NCBI GenBank assembly: GCA_965247685.1
Contig: OZ252021.1
Coordinates: 1,110,001-1,142,000, forward strand
Direction of reading: 5' to 3'
Length of the DNA: 32,000 nucleotides
DNA from: Bdellovibrionales bacterium
Lineage (GTDB): Bacteria; Bdellovibrionota; Bdellovibrionia; Bdellovibrionales; UBA1609
Position numbers and translations under genes: made by a program
Notes under the pieces: generated by a model
What the model was told of the DNA's origin: nothing
Seen by the model: the letters and a program-made list of their open reading frames with translations, nothing else
The model's database searches: none
Shown here: piece by piece, positions 1 to 7,911 of the stretch
Layout of the letters: the number at the start of each line of letters is the position of its first letter
How positions within the stretch are numbered: the first letter of the stretch is position 1

Positions 1-390
1 GGGGGATTATTGATAGCTCTTGTAGGAGCTTACTTCAATCCGGAACGAGAATTTATGAGTGCTTTTTGGGGAATGTGTATTGGTGGATTTTTTTTCTTAT
101 TTTTGGGTTTAGGATACTACCTCTTACGTCGTCACGAGGGGCTTGGAGGAGGAGATATCAAAATGATGGCTTGGGTGGGTGCCCTAGTAGGTCCTCAAGG
201 TGTTTTCAAAGTTATCCTTTTATCTAGTGTTTTAGGTTTAATTTACGGCTTTTGTTTATTACTCAAGAAGAATACAGGGTGGATGACAGGAGTTCCTTTT
301 GGTCCTTATATTGCGTTTGCTACCTATACACTACTAGTTTTCTTTAAAGATACACTAGATTCTTGCATTGTTTATTTGTGTATTATTTAA
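1..390 (+). CDS. pilD: Prepilin peptidase (A24 family), C-terminal part; 5' end lies outside the window
   Basis: Frame is open from the window edge. Translated GLGGGDIKMMAWVGALVG is the GxGDxK catalytic-Asp motif of prepilin peptidases, flanked by hydrophobic TM segments. Sits directly upstream of pilMNOPQ. Confidence 0.8.
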   Translation, partial: GGLLIALVGAYFNPEREFMSAFWGMCIGGFFFLFLGLGYYLLRRHEGLGGGDIKMMAWVGALVGPQGVFKVILLSSVLGLIYGFCLLLKKNTGWMTGVPFGPYIAFATYTLLVFFKDTLDSCIVYLCII

Positions 391-443
391 AAAAAATGTG
401 TATAATGTGAATCTGCGAATGATTATGATGAAGGTTTTTTTTA

Positions 444-1529
444 ATGAGCTTATTGAATTTTTTGTCTTCTAAAAAGACTGTTTTTACATTAGACGTAGGT
501 TCTCGTTTTATTAAGGCGGCTGAGTTTATATCTTCTGAAGATCAACTGATTCTGAAAAATTTTCACATGGAAGAATGTCCTCCTCAAGCTTTAGATAGAG
601 GGAATGTGGTAGAAAAAGAACTGCTTTCAAAAGCTTTATCTTCCCTTTTTGTTAAAAAAGTTAAAATTGGATCAAAGTATGAATTGATACAGGCTATTGG
701 GGGTTCTTCTGTGATTACAGGCACTCTCAATATTCCACAGTCGGAACACGAGAATGTTAAAAGTGAAAATATTAGACTTGAAGTGAGTCAGTACCTTCCT
801 GTTGATTTAAACGAAGTTTATTATGTTGTTATGGATCTTCCTCGTCATAAAGATGACTTAGAAAATGTAGAAACGATTTTTCTGATTGCTATTAAAAAAG
901 AAACATTGGCTAATTTTAACTTAGTAGCAGGAGCTGCTTCTTTAAAAGTAAGTGTGGATTATCCTTCAGTACTGGCATTAGGAAATAGTTTCGTCATGAA
1001 TCATAAAAATGACATCAATCCTGAGCAGTACAATATCATACTAAATATTGGTTTTCGAAGTTTAACTTTTTGTGTGATGAGGGGGGAGCACCTTGTTTTC
1101 TCTAGAGAGTTAATTATAGGTGTAGAGAATTATATGATAGAAATTCAAAACGAATTAGGTGTGAGCTATAAGGAAGCTCAAAGCTTATTAGATACAGCGT
1201 GTAAAAACGATTCGGTTCCCGATCAGGTGATGCATATCATTCAAAATTATAACTCTTTATGCTGTAGAGAAATATCTGTAGGTATGGACTATTTTTTAAA
1301 TTATTCACCTAAAGCTGATTTTTCCGCAGTGTATGCAAACGGGGGTGGAAAAATGATTCCTCAACTAAAATCTAAAATTTCTGAAAATCTTAATCTTCCA
1401 GTGCATGATTTACAAACACTTCGTGCCATTAAAACTCAAGGCTTTACAAAACAAAGAATTCAGGAGCTACAGCCATTTTTAGGAATTTGTACGGGTTTAG
1501 CACAAACTAAATTAATAAGAAAAAAATAG
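444..1529 (+). CDS. pilM: Type IV pilus assembly protein PilM (actin/FtsA-like ATPase fold)
   Basis: 361 aa. N-terminal FTLDVGSRFIKAAEF resembles the phosphate-1 motif of PilM/FtsA. ANGGGKMIP lies near the C-terminus. First gene of a canonical M-N-O-P-Q order. GAAGG RBS 9 nt upstream of the ATG. Confidence 0.85.
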   Translation: MSLLNFLSSKKTVFTLDVGSRFIKAAEFISSEDQLILKNFHMEECPPQALDRGNVVEKELLSKALSSLFVKKVKIGSKYELIQAIGGSSVITGTLNIPQSEHENVKSENIRLEVSQYLPVDLNEVYYVVMDLPRHKDDLENVETIFLIAIKKETLANFNLVAGAASLKVSVDYPSVLALGNSFVMNHKNDINPEQYNIILNIGFRSLTFCVMRGEHLVFSRELIIGVENYMIEIQNELGVSYKEAQSLLDTACKNDSVPDQVMHIIQNYNSLCCREISVGMDYFLNYSPKADFSAVYANGGGKMIPQLKSKISENLNLPVHDLQTLRAIKTQGFTKQRIQELQPFLGICTGLAQTKLIRKK

Positions 1530-1575
1530 AATGAAGACTTTTTATGTGTTAACTTTAAAATAAGAGGGTGTTTGG

Positions 1576-2193
1576 ATGGTTAATTTTAAAAAAGTCGCAG
1601 AAAAAGATTCATCCATTAACGTCAGTTTATCCGACCAACTTCTTCAAGAAGTTCCAGATAAGAAGAGTGTGATTTTGATAGCTATTCAATTAGCCTTAAT
1701 TTGTGTAGCTCCAGCATCTTTGTATTCTTATGAGCAGTTCAATAAAAGTCAATTAATAAAAGCACAGGTACAGACGCAAGGCGAATTGGATATTGAAAAG
1801 ACTAAGCTTAAAAAACTGAAGGCTGAGTTAGCTAAATATAACGATCAAAATTTGAGACATGACGAATTTACAAAGAAAATAGATATATTAAAAACATTGG
1901 CAGAACAAAGAATTGTTACTATTCGTGTGCTGGATAGTATGCATTCAGCAACTGTCAATTTTCAAACTGAAGATTCAAATAGAGAATTTATATTCTTCAA
2001 TAATGTGAGTATTAATGGGAGAAACATTAGTATTGATGGTTCAGCAAGCAGCGAAGGTATTATTAATAAGTTTGTACAAAGATTACAAAATGAACCTGTT
2101 TATCAATCCATTCAGTGGGAAGATGTAAAATCAGATCGAAAAAGTAAAATTAAAAAATTTCGAGTTACAGGTCAGATATTTTTAAAGTCTTAA
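1576..2193 (+). CDS. pilN: Type IV pilus alignment protein PilN
   Basis: 205 aa with a single N-terminal TM helix (VILIAIQLALICVAP), then a coiled coil (EKTKLKKLKAELAKY). Size, topology and position are typical of PilN. The call is mainly positional. Confidence 0.7.
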   Translation: MVNFKKVAEKDSSINVSLSDQLLQEVPDKKSVILIAIQLALICVAPASLYSYEQFNKSQLIKAQVQTQGELDIEKTKLKKLKAELAKYNDQNLRHDEFTKKIDILKTLAEQRIVTIRVLDSMHSATVNFQTEDSNREFIFFNNVSINGRNISIDGSASSEGIINKFVQRLQNEPVYQSIQWEDVKSDRKSKIKKFRVTGQIFLKS

Positions 2194-2202
2194 GAGGCGA
2201 AA

Positions 2203-2796
2203 ATGCGAATTAATGTTTTTACAATGATTTTGTTAGCAGGTGTAGTCACGGGTGTTTACCGTTGGCAATTTTATGATGATGGTCAAAGTATCAAAGATGA
2301 AACAAATAAACTGCTTAAAGAGATGGGCACCGTTCAAGTAAATGTAAAAAAGACAAAAAAAGCGATAGACGATGCTGTTAACTTTGACAACAGTGTCAAA
2401 AGATTAGGTCAACAATTAAAGTATTTTTATGACTATATTCCGAAAGGTTTGACCAACCGCCACATGTTTGAAGTTTTAACTAATTTGCTTAAGAAATCAG
2501 GTATGAATACCCTTTCTATGCAAGGTTCAGGGAATCGAAAGAAAACAGAACTTTATGATGTTTTGACTGTAAAAATTAGAGCAGAAGGTAAATTTGCTCA
2601 ATTTTTAACTTTCTTGTCCTTGCTGACAAACCTCGATCAAATAGTGAGTGTAGGTAATGTGACCATTAGCCCTGTGAGTCAACGTGACTCTAGTTCTGCT
2701 GGAAAAATCATGACTAATTTTGATGTTTTAGGTTTTCGATACAATGCTCCTACTGCTCCGCAAAATGAAGAGAGTGAAAAAAATAAACAGACTTGA
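2203..2796 (+). CDS. pilO: Type IV pilus alignment protein PilO
   Basis: 197 aa with an N-terminal TM (INVFTMILLAGVVTGV), a coiled-coil stretch, then a globular C-domain. Lies between pilN and pilP. The call is mainly positional. Confidence 0.65.
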   Translation: MRINVFTMILLAGVVTGVYRWQFYDDGQSIKDETNKLLKEMGTVQVNVKKTKKAIDDAVNFDNSVKRLGQQLKYFYDYIPKGLTNRHMFEVLTNLLKKSGMNTLSMQGSGNRKKTELYDVLTVKIRAEGKFAQFLTFLSLLTNLDQIVSVGNVTISPVSQRDSSSAGKIMTNFDVLGFRYNAPTAPQNEESEKNKQT

Positions 2797-2876
2797 AAAC
2801 AAAAAAATGTTTGAATAGCCCTCACACAACTATAAATTTAAAATGTTGTGCAGGTTATTTTTATACAGAATTTTTT

Positions 2877-3728
2877 ATGGGTCAGTTTATTTTGAATTTT
2901 ATTTTGTTGAGTGTTTTAAGTTTTTTTGCTTATGCTGAAGATGCTGTTTCAGAATCTACGAATTCTCAAACCAAGGTAGAAACTGTAGAATTGAAAGTTG
3001 AAAACACGGCCACAGAATCTTCTGCGATAAAACCTTTTAAAAATACTTCAAAAACTTCTGAGGAAAATAATTTAGAAAAAACTTCTGATGCTGAGAATGT
3101 TGCTTCAGAATCTACAAACTCTCAAATCAAAGAAACGTCAGAAACTGTAAATTTGAAAACTGAAAATGTGGCAGTAGAATCTTCCAAAGGTACTTCAAAA
3201 ACTTCTGAAGAAAATAATTCAGAAGGAGTTTCTGAACAGGTTGTTACAATAAAAGAAGATTCTCAAGATAGCGCATCTCAAAAAGATCAAGAGATGCTTC
3301 TTGAAATTAAATCTCTTATACCTGTGTATAGATACAGCCCTTCAGAGAAAGAAGATCCTTTTTCACCACCGGGACAAATAGGAATGGTGGATTTAGAAAC
3401 TAAGGAGAAAGATGTACTGCACCCCGTAGAAAGAGATAATCTAGAGAATATTCAGTTGAGAGCCATTATTTGGGGGCAGAATGATGAAGTTGTACCAAGA
3501 GCTTTATTTGAAACTACAGATCAGCAAACATATACATTAACCAAAAATGATCGTTTAGGGAAAGAACGTGCCTTAATTTTTAAAATTGAAACGGATCGAG
3601 TATGGATTATGAAGCCTTTTGTGGATCCAGGGACAGGGGTAATCGGTTATGAACCGGATCAAAAAGTGTTAGGTGATTCTAATCAACAACAACAACAAAA
3701 AGGTGGAAATTTATACTATGAGAAATAA
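2877..3728 (+). CDS. pilP: PilP-like pilus assembly protein with a long Ser/Thr/Glu-rich repeat linker
   Basis: ATG 2877 gives the signal peptide MGQFILNFILLSVLSFFAYA. The C-terminal third carries PilP hallmarks: an EDPFSPP motif, then beta-rich LRAIIWGQ..ALFETTDQQTYTLTKNDRLG..IFKIETDRVWI. The ORF stays open back to TTG 2793 (overlapping the pilO stop), so the start is uncertain. Confidence 0.65.
   Translation: MGQFILNFILLSVLSFFAYAEDAVSESTNSQTKVETVELKVENTATESSAIKPFKNTSKTSEENNLEKTSDAENVASESTNSQIKETSETVNLKTENVAVESSKGTSKTSEENNSEGVSEQVVTIKEDSQDSASQKDQEMLLEIKSLIPVYRYSPSEKEDPFSPPGQIGMVDLETKEKDVLHPVERDNLENIQLRAIIWGQNDEVVPRALFETTDQQTYTLTKNDRLGKERALIFKIETDRVWIMKPFVDPGTGVIGYEPDQKVLGDSNQQQQQKGGNLYYEK
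2943..3240 (+). repeat. In-frame tandem duplication (about 156-nt / 52-aa unit, 2 copies) inside pilP
   Basis: Unit 1 (2943-3098) encodes AVSESTNSQTKVETVELKVENTATESS..TSKTSEENN. Unit 2 (3099-3240) encodes VASESTNSQIKETSETVNLKTENVAVESSKGTSKTSEENN. The similarity is visible at DNA level, e.g. tcagaatctac[g/a]aa[t/c]tctcaaa and acttcaaaaacttctga[g/a]gaaaataa. Confidence 0.8.
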
Positions 3729-6114
3729 TTTATTAGATCTAACATTAATCTTTTTATGTTTTGCGCTTTTATTCTTATGTTCTTGTGCAACAACAGGATT
3801 ACAGCAAAATGCAAAAGAAGAGCTGTTTTCAGAGGAAGAACTCAACTTTTTAGCTGAAGAAGAGGAGTACTTTGAAGAAGAATTAGCAGCAGATGATGAG
3901 TCTTCTAGTTATTTCGATGAAGAAGACGTGAATATTGCAAATAAAGAAGAACAAGAAGCTCAGGCAGCTGAAGATGAACTTAAAGAAATTGAAGATGAGT
4001 TTGCAGACTTTATTGATGAGGAGGAGGAATTTGAAGAATTTTCTGAAGAAACTGAGGTTGCAGATCAGGATGCAGATGAAGAAGAATTTCCTGCTGTGAT
4101 TGCGGAGGAGGATCGTGTAGAAGAGGATGAAGACGCCCTAGAGGAGGAGCCACCTTCTATAGTTGCAGATCAGGATTCGGAAGAGGTAATGGACACTGAA
4201 GAACCTTTTGTTGTGACTGCGGAGGAGGATCGTGCAGAAGAGGAAGAAGACGCTCTAGAGGAGCCACCTGTTATTGCCGAAGAAGGTAGTGTTGAAGAAG
4301 ACTCTGCACAAGACATTCTTTTTTCTGAAAATAAACAATCACCAGAAGTGATACAAATTACTAATATCAGATATGAAAATCAGCAAGTATTTATTGATAC
4401 TGTAGGGGGCACGCCTTCTTATCGTTCTCGTTTTAATGAAGCAACAAAGCAGTTTATTATTGAAATACCTCAAGCTATTATTGTGGATCAATTGAAGTGG
4501 CCTTATATTATGAAAGACTTTCAATCTGGATTTGCACTTCTACAAGCGGATCAAAAAGAGCCTCAGGTGGTGCGGATTATTGCTCAAATGAGGCCTCAAG
4601 AAGGAGCTCCTTTATTAGTAGAAAAAGAGAATGGATTCATTTTGTCTGCTTCCGCTGTAGATTTAACAACCACTCCAGAACAAGACACTTTAATCACTGA
4701 TAGCAGTGAAGAAGTGGATCAGGATCTTTCTCCTCAAATCGATGATAACTACGATGATTTAGATCGTTTACAAGAAAAAGAAGATGGGAAAATTCTTCAT
4801 GCCAAAACTATTGAAGAGTTTTTGTTGGGAGATCATAAATTTTATGGGCATCCTATTACTTTAGATGTGAGAGATACAAATCTGCAAGATATCTTGCACT
4901 TTTTAGTGGAAGATTCTGGTATTAATATGATCATATCTAATTCTATTCCAAAAACAAAAATTAATATCCGCTTACAAGAAGTGCCTTGGGATCAAGCTTT
5001 AGTTTTAATCATGAAGAAAAATAAGTTAGGTTATGTTCGTGAAGGGAATATAGTGATAATTTCTTCTTTAGATGAGATTCGAGAGAATCAAAAACAACTT
5101 CAGTCATTAATTGATGCTCGAGAAGGTTTAATTCCATTGCAACTTGAAATTGTTCCTTTGGCTTATGCTAAAGCAGGAAATATATCTACTCAAATTAGTT
5201 TATTCAAAACATCTCGAGGCAAGATCAATGTCGACAATGATAATAACTCATTAATTATTTATGACACGACCTATGCTTTAAAAAATATGAAGAAATTAAT
5301 TCAGAAATTAGATCGAACTCCAAAACAAGTGATGATTTCTGCTAAAATTGTAGAAGCAACAGAAAGTTTTACAAGAAATTTTGGTGTCTCATGGGGAATT
5401 ACAGGAGAAACTTTTAATCCTTTGATAGCTATAGGAGCTTTGTCTCAAATTGAAGTTACTCCAGCTCCTCTGCTTCGAGCTCTTCCAGGTGCTCCTGATC
5501 AGGGAACGTTAGGAACGAACTTGCTTGTGGGTAATTTGGGACCAGGATTTGGTGATCTGGATATAGCATTAGGTTTTGCAGAGTCGGATGGACAAGCTCG
5601 AGTGTTGAGTTCTCCCCGCATTATGGCATTAAATGGTCAGTCTGCTTCTGTTAATCAAACCACAGAAAGTATTGCGTTTTCTGCCGTGACTACTGAGAGT
5701 GGAACACAAACTGAAATTCAAAGATCTCCCATTAACCTTAACTTGAATGTCACTCCTCACATTACAAATGTGAATAGTATTTATATGCAAGTGAGTATGA
5801 CTCGTGGTTCGGAGGGCGCTCCAATATCAGATGATCAAGGTTCTACAGCTCGTCCAACGAGTAATAAAACAGCAAGTACGAATATTCTAGTTAAGAGTGG
5901 TCACACCGCTGTGATTGGTGGAATTTATGAAACTCGAAATGCTGAGAGTCTACAGGGAATCCCTTTCTTAAAGGACATTCCTGTGGTGAGCTGGCTCTTC
6001 TCACAGGTGAGAAATGAAACATCTAGAACAGAGCTTCTGTTGTTCCTCACACCTCGAATTATTGATATTAGTCAAGAAAAGATCAATGTCGCATCTGAAG
6101 GGACTATTCAGTAA
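3718..6114 (+). CDS. pilQ: Type IV pilus secretin PilQ (lipoprotein-type signal, acidic low-complexity N-region, one AMIN domain, N0/N1, secretin domain)
   Basis: ATG 3718 is preceded by AGGTGG and gives MRNNLLDLTLIFLCFALLFLCSC. AMIN-like VIQITNIRYENQQVFIDTVGG..FIIEIPQA. N0-like ITLDVRDTNLQDILHFLVEDSGINMIIS..VPWDQALVLIMKKNKLGY. Secretin core SPRIMALNGQSASVNQ and GIPFLKDIPVVSWLF..LLLFLTPRII. The track start at 3673 was rejected. Confidence 0.9.
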   Translation: MRNNLLDLTLIFLCFALLFLCSCATTGLQQNAKEELFSEEELNFLAEEEEYFEEELAADDESSSYFDEEDVNIANKEEQEAQAAEDELKEIEDEFADFIDEEEEFEEFSEETEVADQDADEEEFPAVIAEEDRVEEDEDALEEEPPSIVADQDSEEVMDTEEPFVVTAEEDRAEEEEDALEEPPVIAEEGSVEEDSAQDILFSENKQSPEVIQITNIRYENQQVFIDTVGGTPSYRSRFNEATKQFIIEIPQAIIVDQLKWPYIMKDFQSGFALLQADQKEPQVVRIIAQMRPQEGAPLLVEKENGFILSASAVDLTTTPEQDTLITDSSEEVDQDLSPQIDDNYDDLDRLQEKEDGKILHAKTIEEFLLGDHKFYGHPITLDVRDTNLQDILHFLVEDSGINMIISNSIPKTKINIRLQEVPWDQALVLIMKKNKLGYVREGNIVIISSLDEIRENQKQLQSLIDAREGLIPLQLEIVPLAYAKAGNISTQISLFKTSRGKINVDNDNNSLIIYDTTYALKNMKKLIQKLDRTPKQVMISAKIVEATESFTRNFGVSWGITGETFNPLIAIGALSQIEVTPAPLLRALPGAPDQGTLGTNLLVGNLGPGFGDLDIALGFAESDGQARVLSSPRIMALNGQSASVNQTTESIAFSAVTTESGTQTEIQRSPINLNLNVTPHITNVNSIYMQVSMTRGSEGAPISDDQGSTARPTSNKTASTNILVKSGHTAVIGGIYETRNAESLQGIPFLKDIPVVSWLFSQVRNETSRTELLLFLTPRIIDISQEKINVASEGTIQ
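4101..4270 (+). repeat. Imperfect in-frame repeat (117-nt offset) within the acidic region of pilQ
   Basis: tgcggaggaggatcgtgtagaagaggatgaagacgccctagaggaggagccacct (4101-4156) versus tgcggaggaggatcgtgcagaagaggaagaagacgctctagaggagccacct (4218-4270). These encode AEEDRVEEDEDALEEEPP and AEEDRAEEEEDALEEPP. Confidence 0.8.
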
Positions 6115-6983
6115 TGAAAACAAACCAATACTCTCGTTGGATTTCTCTTTTTGTTTTATGTTTTTGTTCACTGTTTCTTCAATCTTGTTATATGGACAAT
6201 TGTGATCGAATTTTTGGAGGATCAGTCAGTGAGAACTATAGACGGACTAGTGCCTATAAAAATGAGGCAGGTCGCTGTTTTTCTAGTCGAGTTATTGTAG
6301 AGGTGGAACCTCAAGTTCCTGTCGTTTTTTTTCAAGGTCGAGAAAATTCTGTTTGTCGAAAAGGGCTTCCGCGACGTTATATTCCTCCATGGGATATTCG
6401 ATTCATAGAGCAAGGAAGAGAAGAGCAGGTTGAAACTGCTGTGGTTCAAGATGATGAAGAAGTGAATAATGATGCTATTCTTACAAATGTTGATGATTAT
6501 TGGTTTAAAGTGACTCCTTTGATTGATAATGGGAGTAATCATTATCTTATTATTACAGATTTTAATTTAAGAGTGGTATTAAATGATCGAGGACAAAGAC
6601 AATCTCAAGATGTGAATTTTGCTGAGGGGTATTGTGAGACGACTCCTTTATATATTTTTGATGCTTCTGGAGAGCCTTCTGGAGATCCATCAGTGAGCAG
6701 TTCTGAGAATGCAAGTACTGTATGGGGTAGTTTTACTCATCCTTCGGATATTAATAAACGTTTTGTAATGGGTAATTTAATTTTTTATGCTGGAGGATTA
6801 CCTACTCCACAAATTGATGCGGGGGAAGCTTCTCAAAGTTTTGGTACAATCAGAATTCCTCGTTATACAGTTTATTGGCAGATGCTCGGTTCTTTTTATA
6901 GATTAATAGACAGCAATAAAGGAGAGGTTGTTGCTGGCTTTCAGAAAAAAGGCAGCTTTTACACTCAACCCTCTTCTTTTTAA
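6114..6983 (+). CDS. Uncharacterised lipoprotein, translationally coupled to pilQ
   Basis: The ATG shares its A with the pilQ TAA (TAATG). Signal plus lipobox: WISLFVLCFCSLFLQS|C. 289 aa, beta-rich, ends in F. I recognise no family motif. Confidence 0.7.
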   Translation: MKTNQYSRWISLFVLCFCSLFLQSCYMDNCDRIFGGSVSENYRRTSAYKNEAGRCFSSRVIVEVEPQVPVVFFQGRENSVCRKGLPRRYIPPWDIRFIEQGREEQVETAVVQDDEEVNNDAILTNVDDYWFKVTPLIDNGSNHYLIITDFNLRVVLNDRGQRQSQDVNFAEGYCETTPLYIFDASGEPSGDPSVSSSENASTVWGSFTHPSDINKRFVMGNLIFYAGGLPTPQIDAGEASQSFGTIRIPRYTVYWQMLGSFYRLIDSNKGEVVAGFQKKGSFYTQPSSF

Positions 6984-7224
6984 TATTTATTCTTAATGTT
7001 CAAATAGCCGTCCTGCATAATGTTGCCGGAACGGAAAAAAGACTGTAGAAGTTTAGCTTTATCTTAAAATATTTTATTTTTATTCTTTAGTGTTTTCTTT
7101 TGAGTCACTTTATGAACATATTTTGTCCTTCATTAATTTATATTTATGACAATTCAAGTTTGCCATGAGCATAGACGATGAGAGAAATATCCAGACGCTT
7201 TAAGTTAACCATGAAGGGAGTAAT

Positions 7225-7734
7225 GTGACACAAAATTCAAAAAAACATATGCAGATTATTCAATCATTTGTCGAGGGGACGGTAGGTCTCAAATTTTCGA
7301 TTGAAGAAGATAAGATAACAATTCTTCAAAGTATAGATGGAAAATATTTAAGCTTTAAAAATACAGATATTTCAGAAATTTTAAGTCGAAAAGATTCTAA
7401 GAATCAGCCATTTATCCAGATTAATTTTTTTGGTGATAAAAAAATTATTTTGACGGATCGATTTATAGGTTTTAAACCTTTTAAAATCCCTGGTTTAGAT
7501 ATGCATAAGTTGCCAAAAGTGGTGACAACTCCTGATCTTCTTAATTTTATCGAAATTATTGAGGATTCTATGTATGAATTGGATGTCACAGCCATTGAAG
7601 TCCAAGATATTCGTAAATACTTTGAGGCTGTTTTATTAGGTGCAGAAAAGGTGGGTTTTGAGCTATTGAATGAAAGAATTTGGATTGAAAGACTCTTCTT
7701 TAATCATCCAGCTTTGGTAAGTCAAGTCAGCTAA
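7225..7734 (+). CDS. Hypothetical cytoplasmic protein (169 aa), no recognisable family
   Basis: GTG start 5 nt after a GAAGGGAG RBS. 240-bp upstream spacer. No signal peptide or TM. The long antisense ORF 7404-7595 is judged spurious. Confidence 0.6.
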   Translation: MTQNSKKHMQIIQSFVEGTVGLKFSIEEDKITILQSIDGKYLSFKNTDISEILSRKDSKNQPFIQINFFGDKKIILTDRFIGFKPFKIPGLDMHKLPKVVTTPDLLNFIEIIEDSMYELDVTAIEVQDIRKYFEAVLLGAEKVGFELLNERIWIERLFFNHPALVSQVS

Positions 7735-7804
7735 GGGTTCCTCTTGCGATTTAAGAAATATCTATTTGACAGAGACTTTTTATATTGAATAATTTAGATC
7801 TAAT

Positions 7805-7877
<73 letters not shown>

Positions 7878-7911
7878 TATTTGTTGAGATACATTTAATT
7901 TTTAAAAGAGA

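Noticed and set aside
435-442. T8 homopolymer between the pilM RBS and its ATG, as a phase-variation switch (also T8 at 6325-6332 and A8 at 17441-17448)
   Set aside because: A/T runs of 7-9 nt are frequent throughout this AT-rich window, including inside essential genes. There is no evidence of contingency-locus behaviour from a single sequence.
2793-2876. Upstream TTG start for pilP (track ORF 2793-3728), and likewise 3673 for pilQ
   Set aside because: The extra N-terminal residues (KTKKCLNSPHTTINLKCC..., ILINNNNKKVEIYT) precede clear signal peptides that begin at ATG 2877 and ATG 3718. The latter also has an AGGTGG RBS. The 2793 start cannot be fully excluded for pilP.
3830-4330. GA-rich repetitive DNA that could look like a repeat array or CRISPR-like structure
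   Set aside because: It is in-frame coding sequence for the Glu/Asp-rich PilQ region. There is no repeat-spacer periodicity, and no array exists elsewhere in the window.
4339-4700. ORFs 4339-4524 (-) and 4497-4700 (+) inside pilQ
   Set aside because: They are fully embedded in a strongly supported secretin gene, have low-complexity translations and lack RBS context. These are typical shadow ORFs.
6222-6542. 106-aa antisense ORF within the pilQ-coupled lipoprotein gene; also 6014-6205 (+)
   Set aside because: Ile/Asn/Phe-rich translation typical of the antisense of AT-rich coding DNA. The sense-strand gene has a signal peptide and translational coupling.
7004-7035. Hairpin ccgtcc..ggaacgg after the lipoprotein gene, as a terminator
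   Set aside because: The stem is only about 6 bp with a bulge, the loop is 14 nt, and it is followed by an A-run rather than a T-run. Not convincing on either strand.
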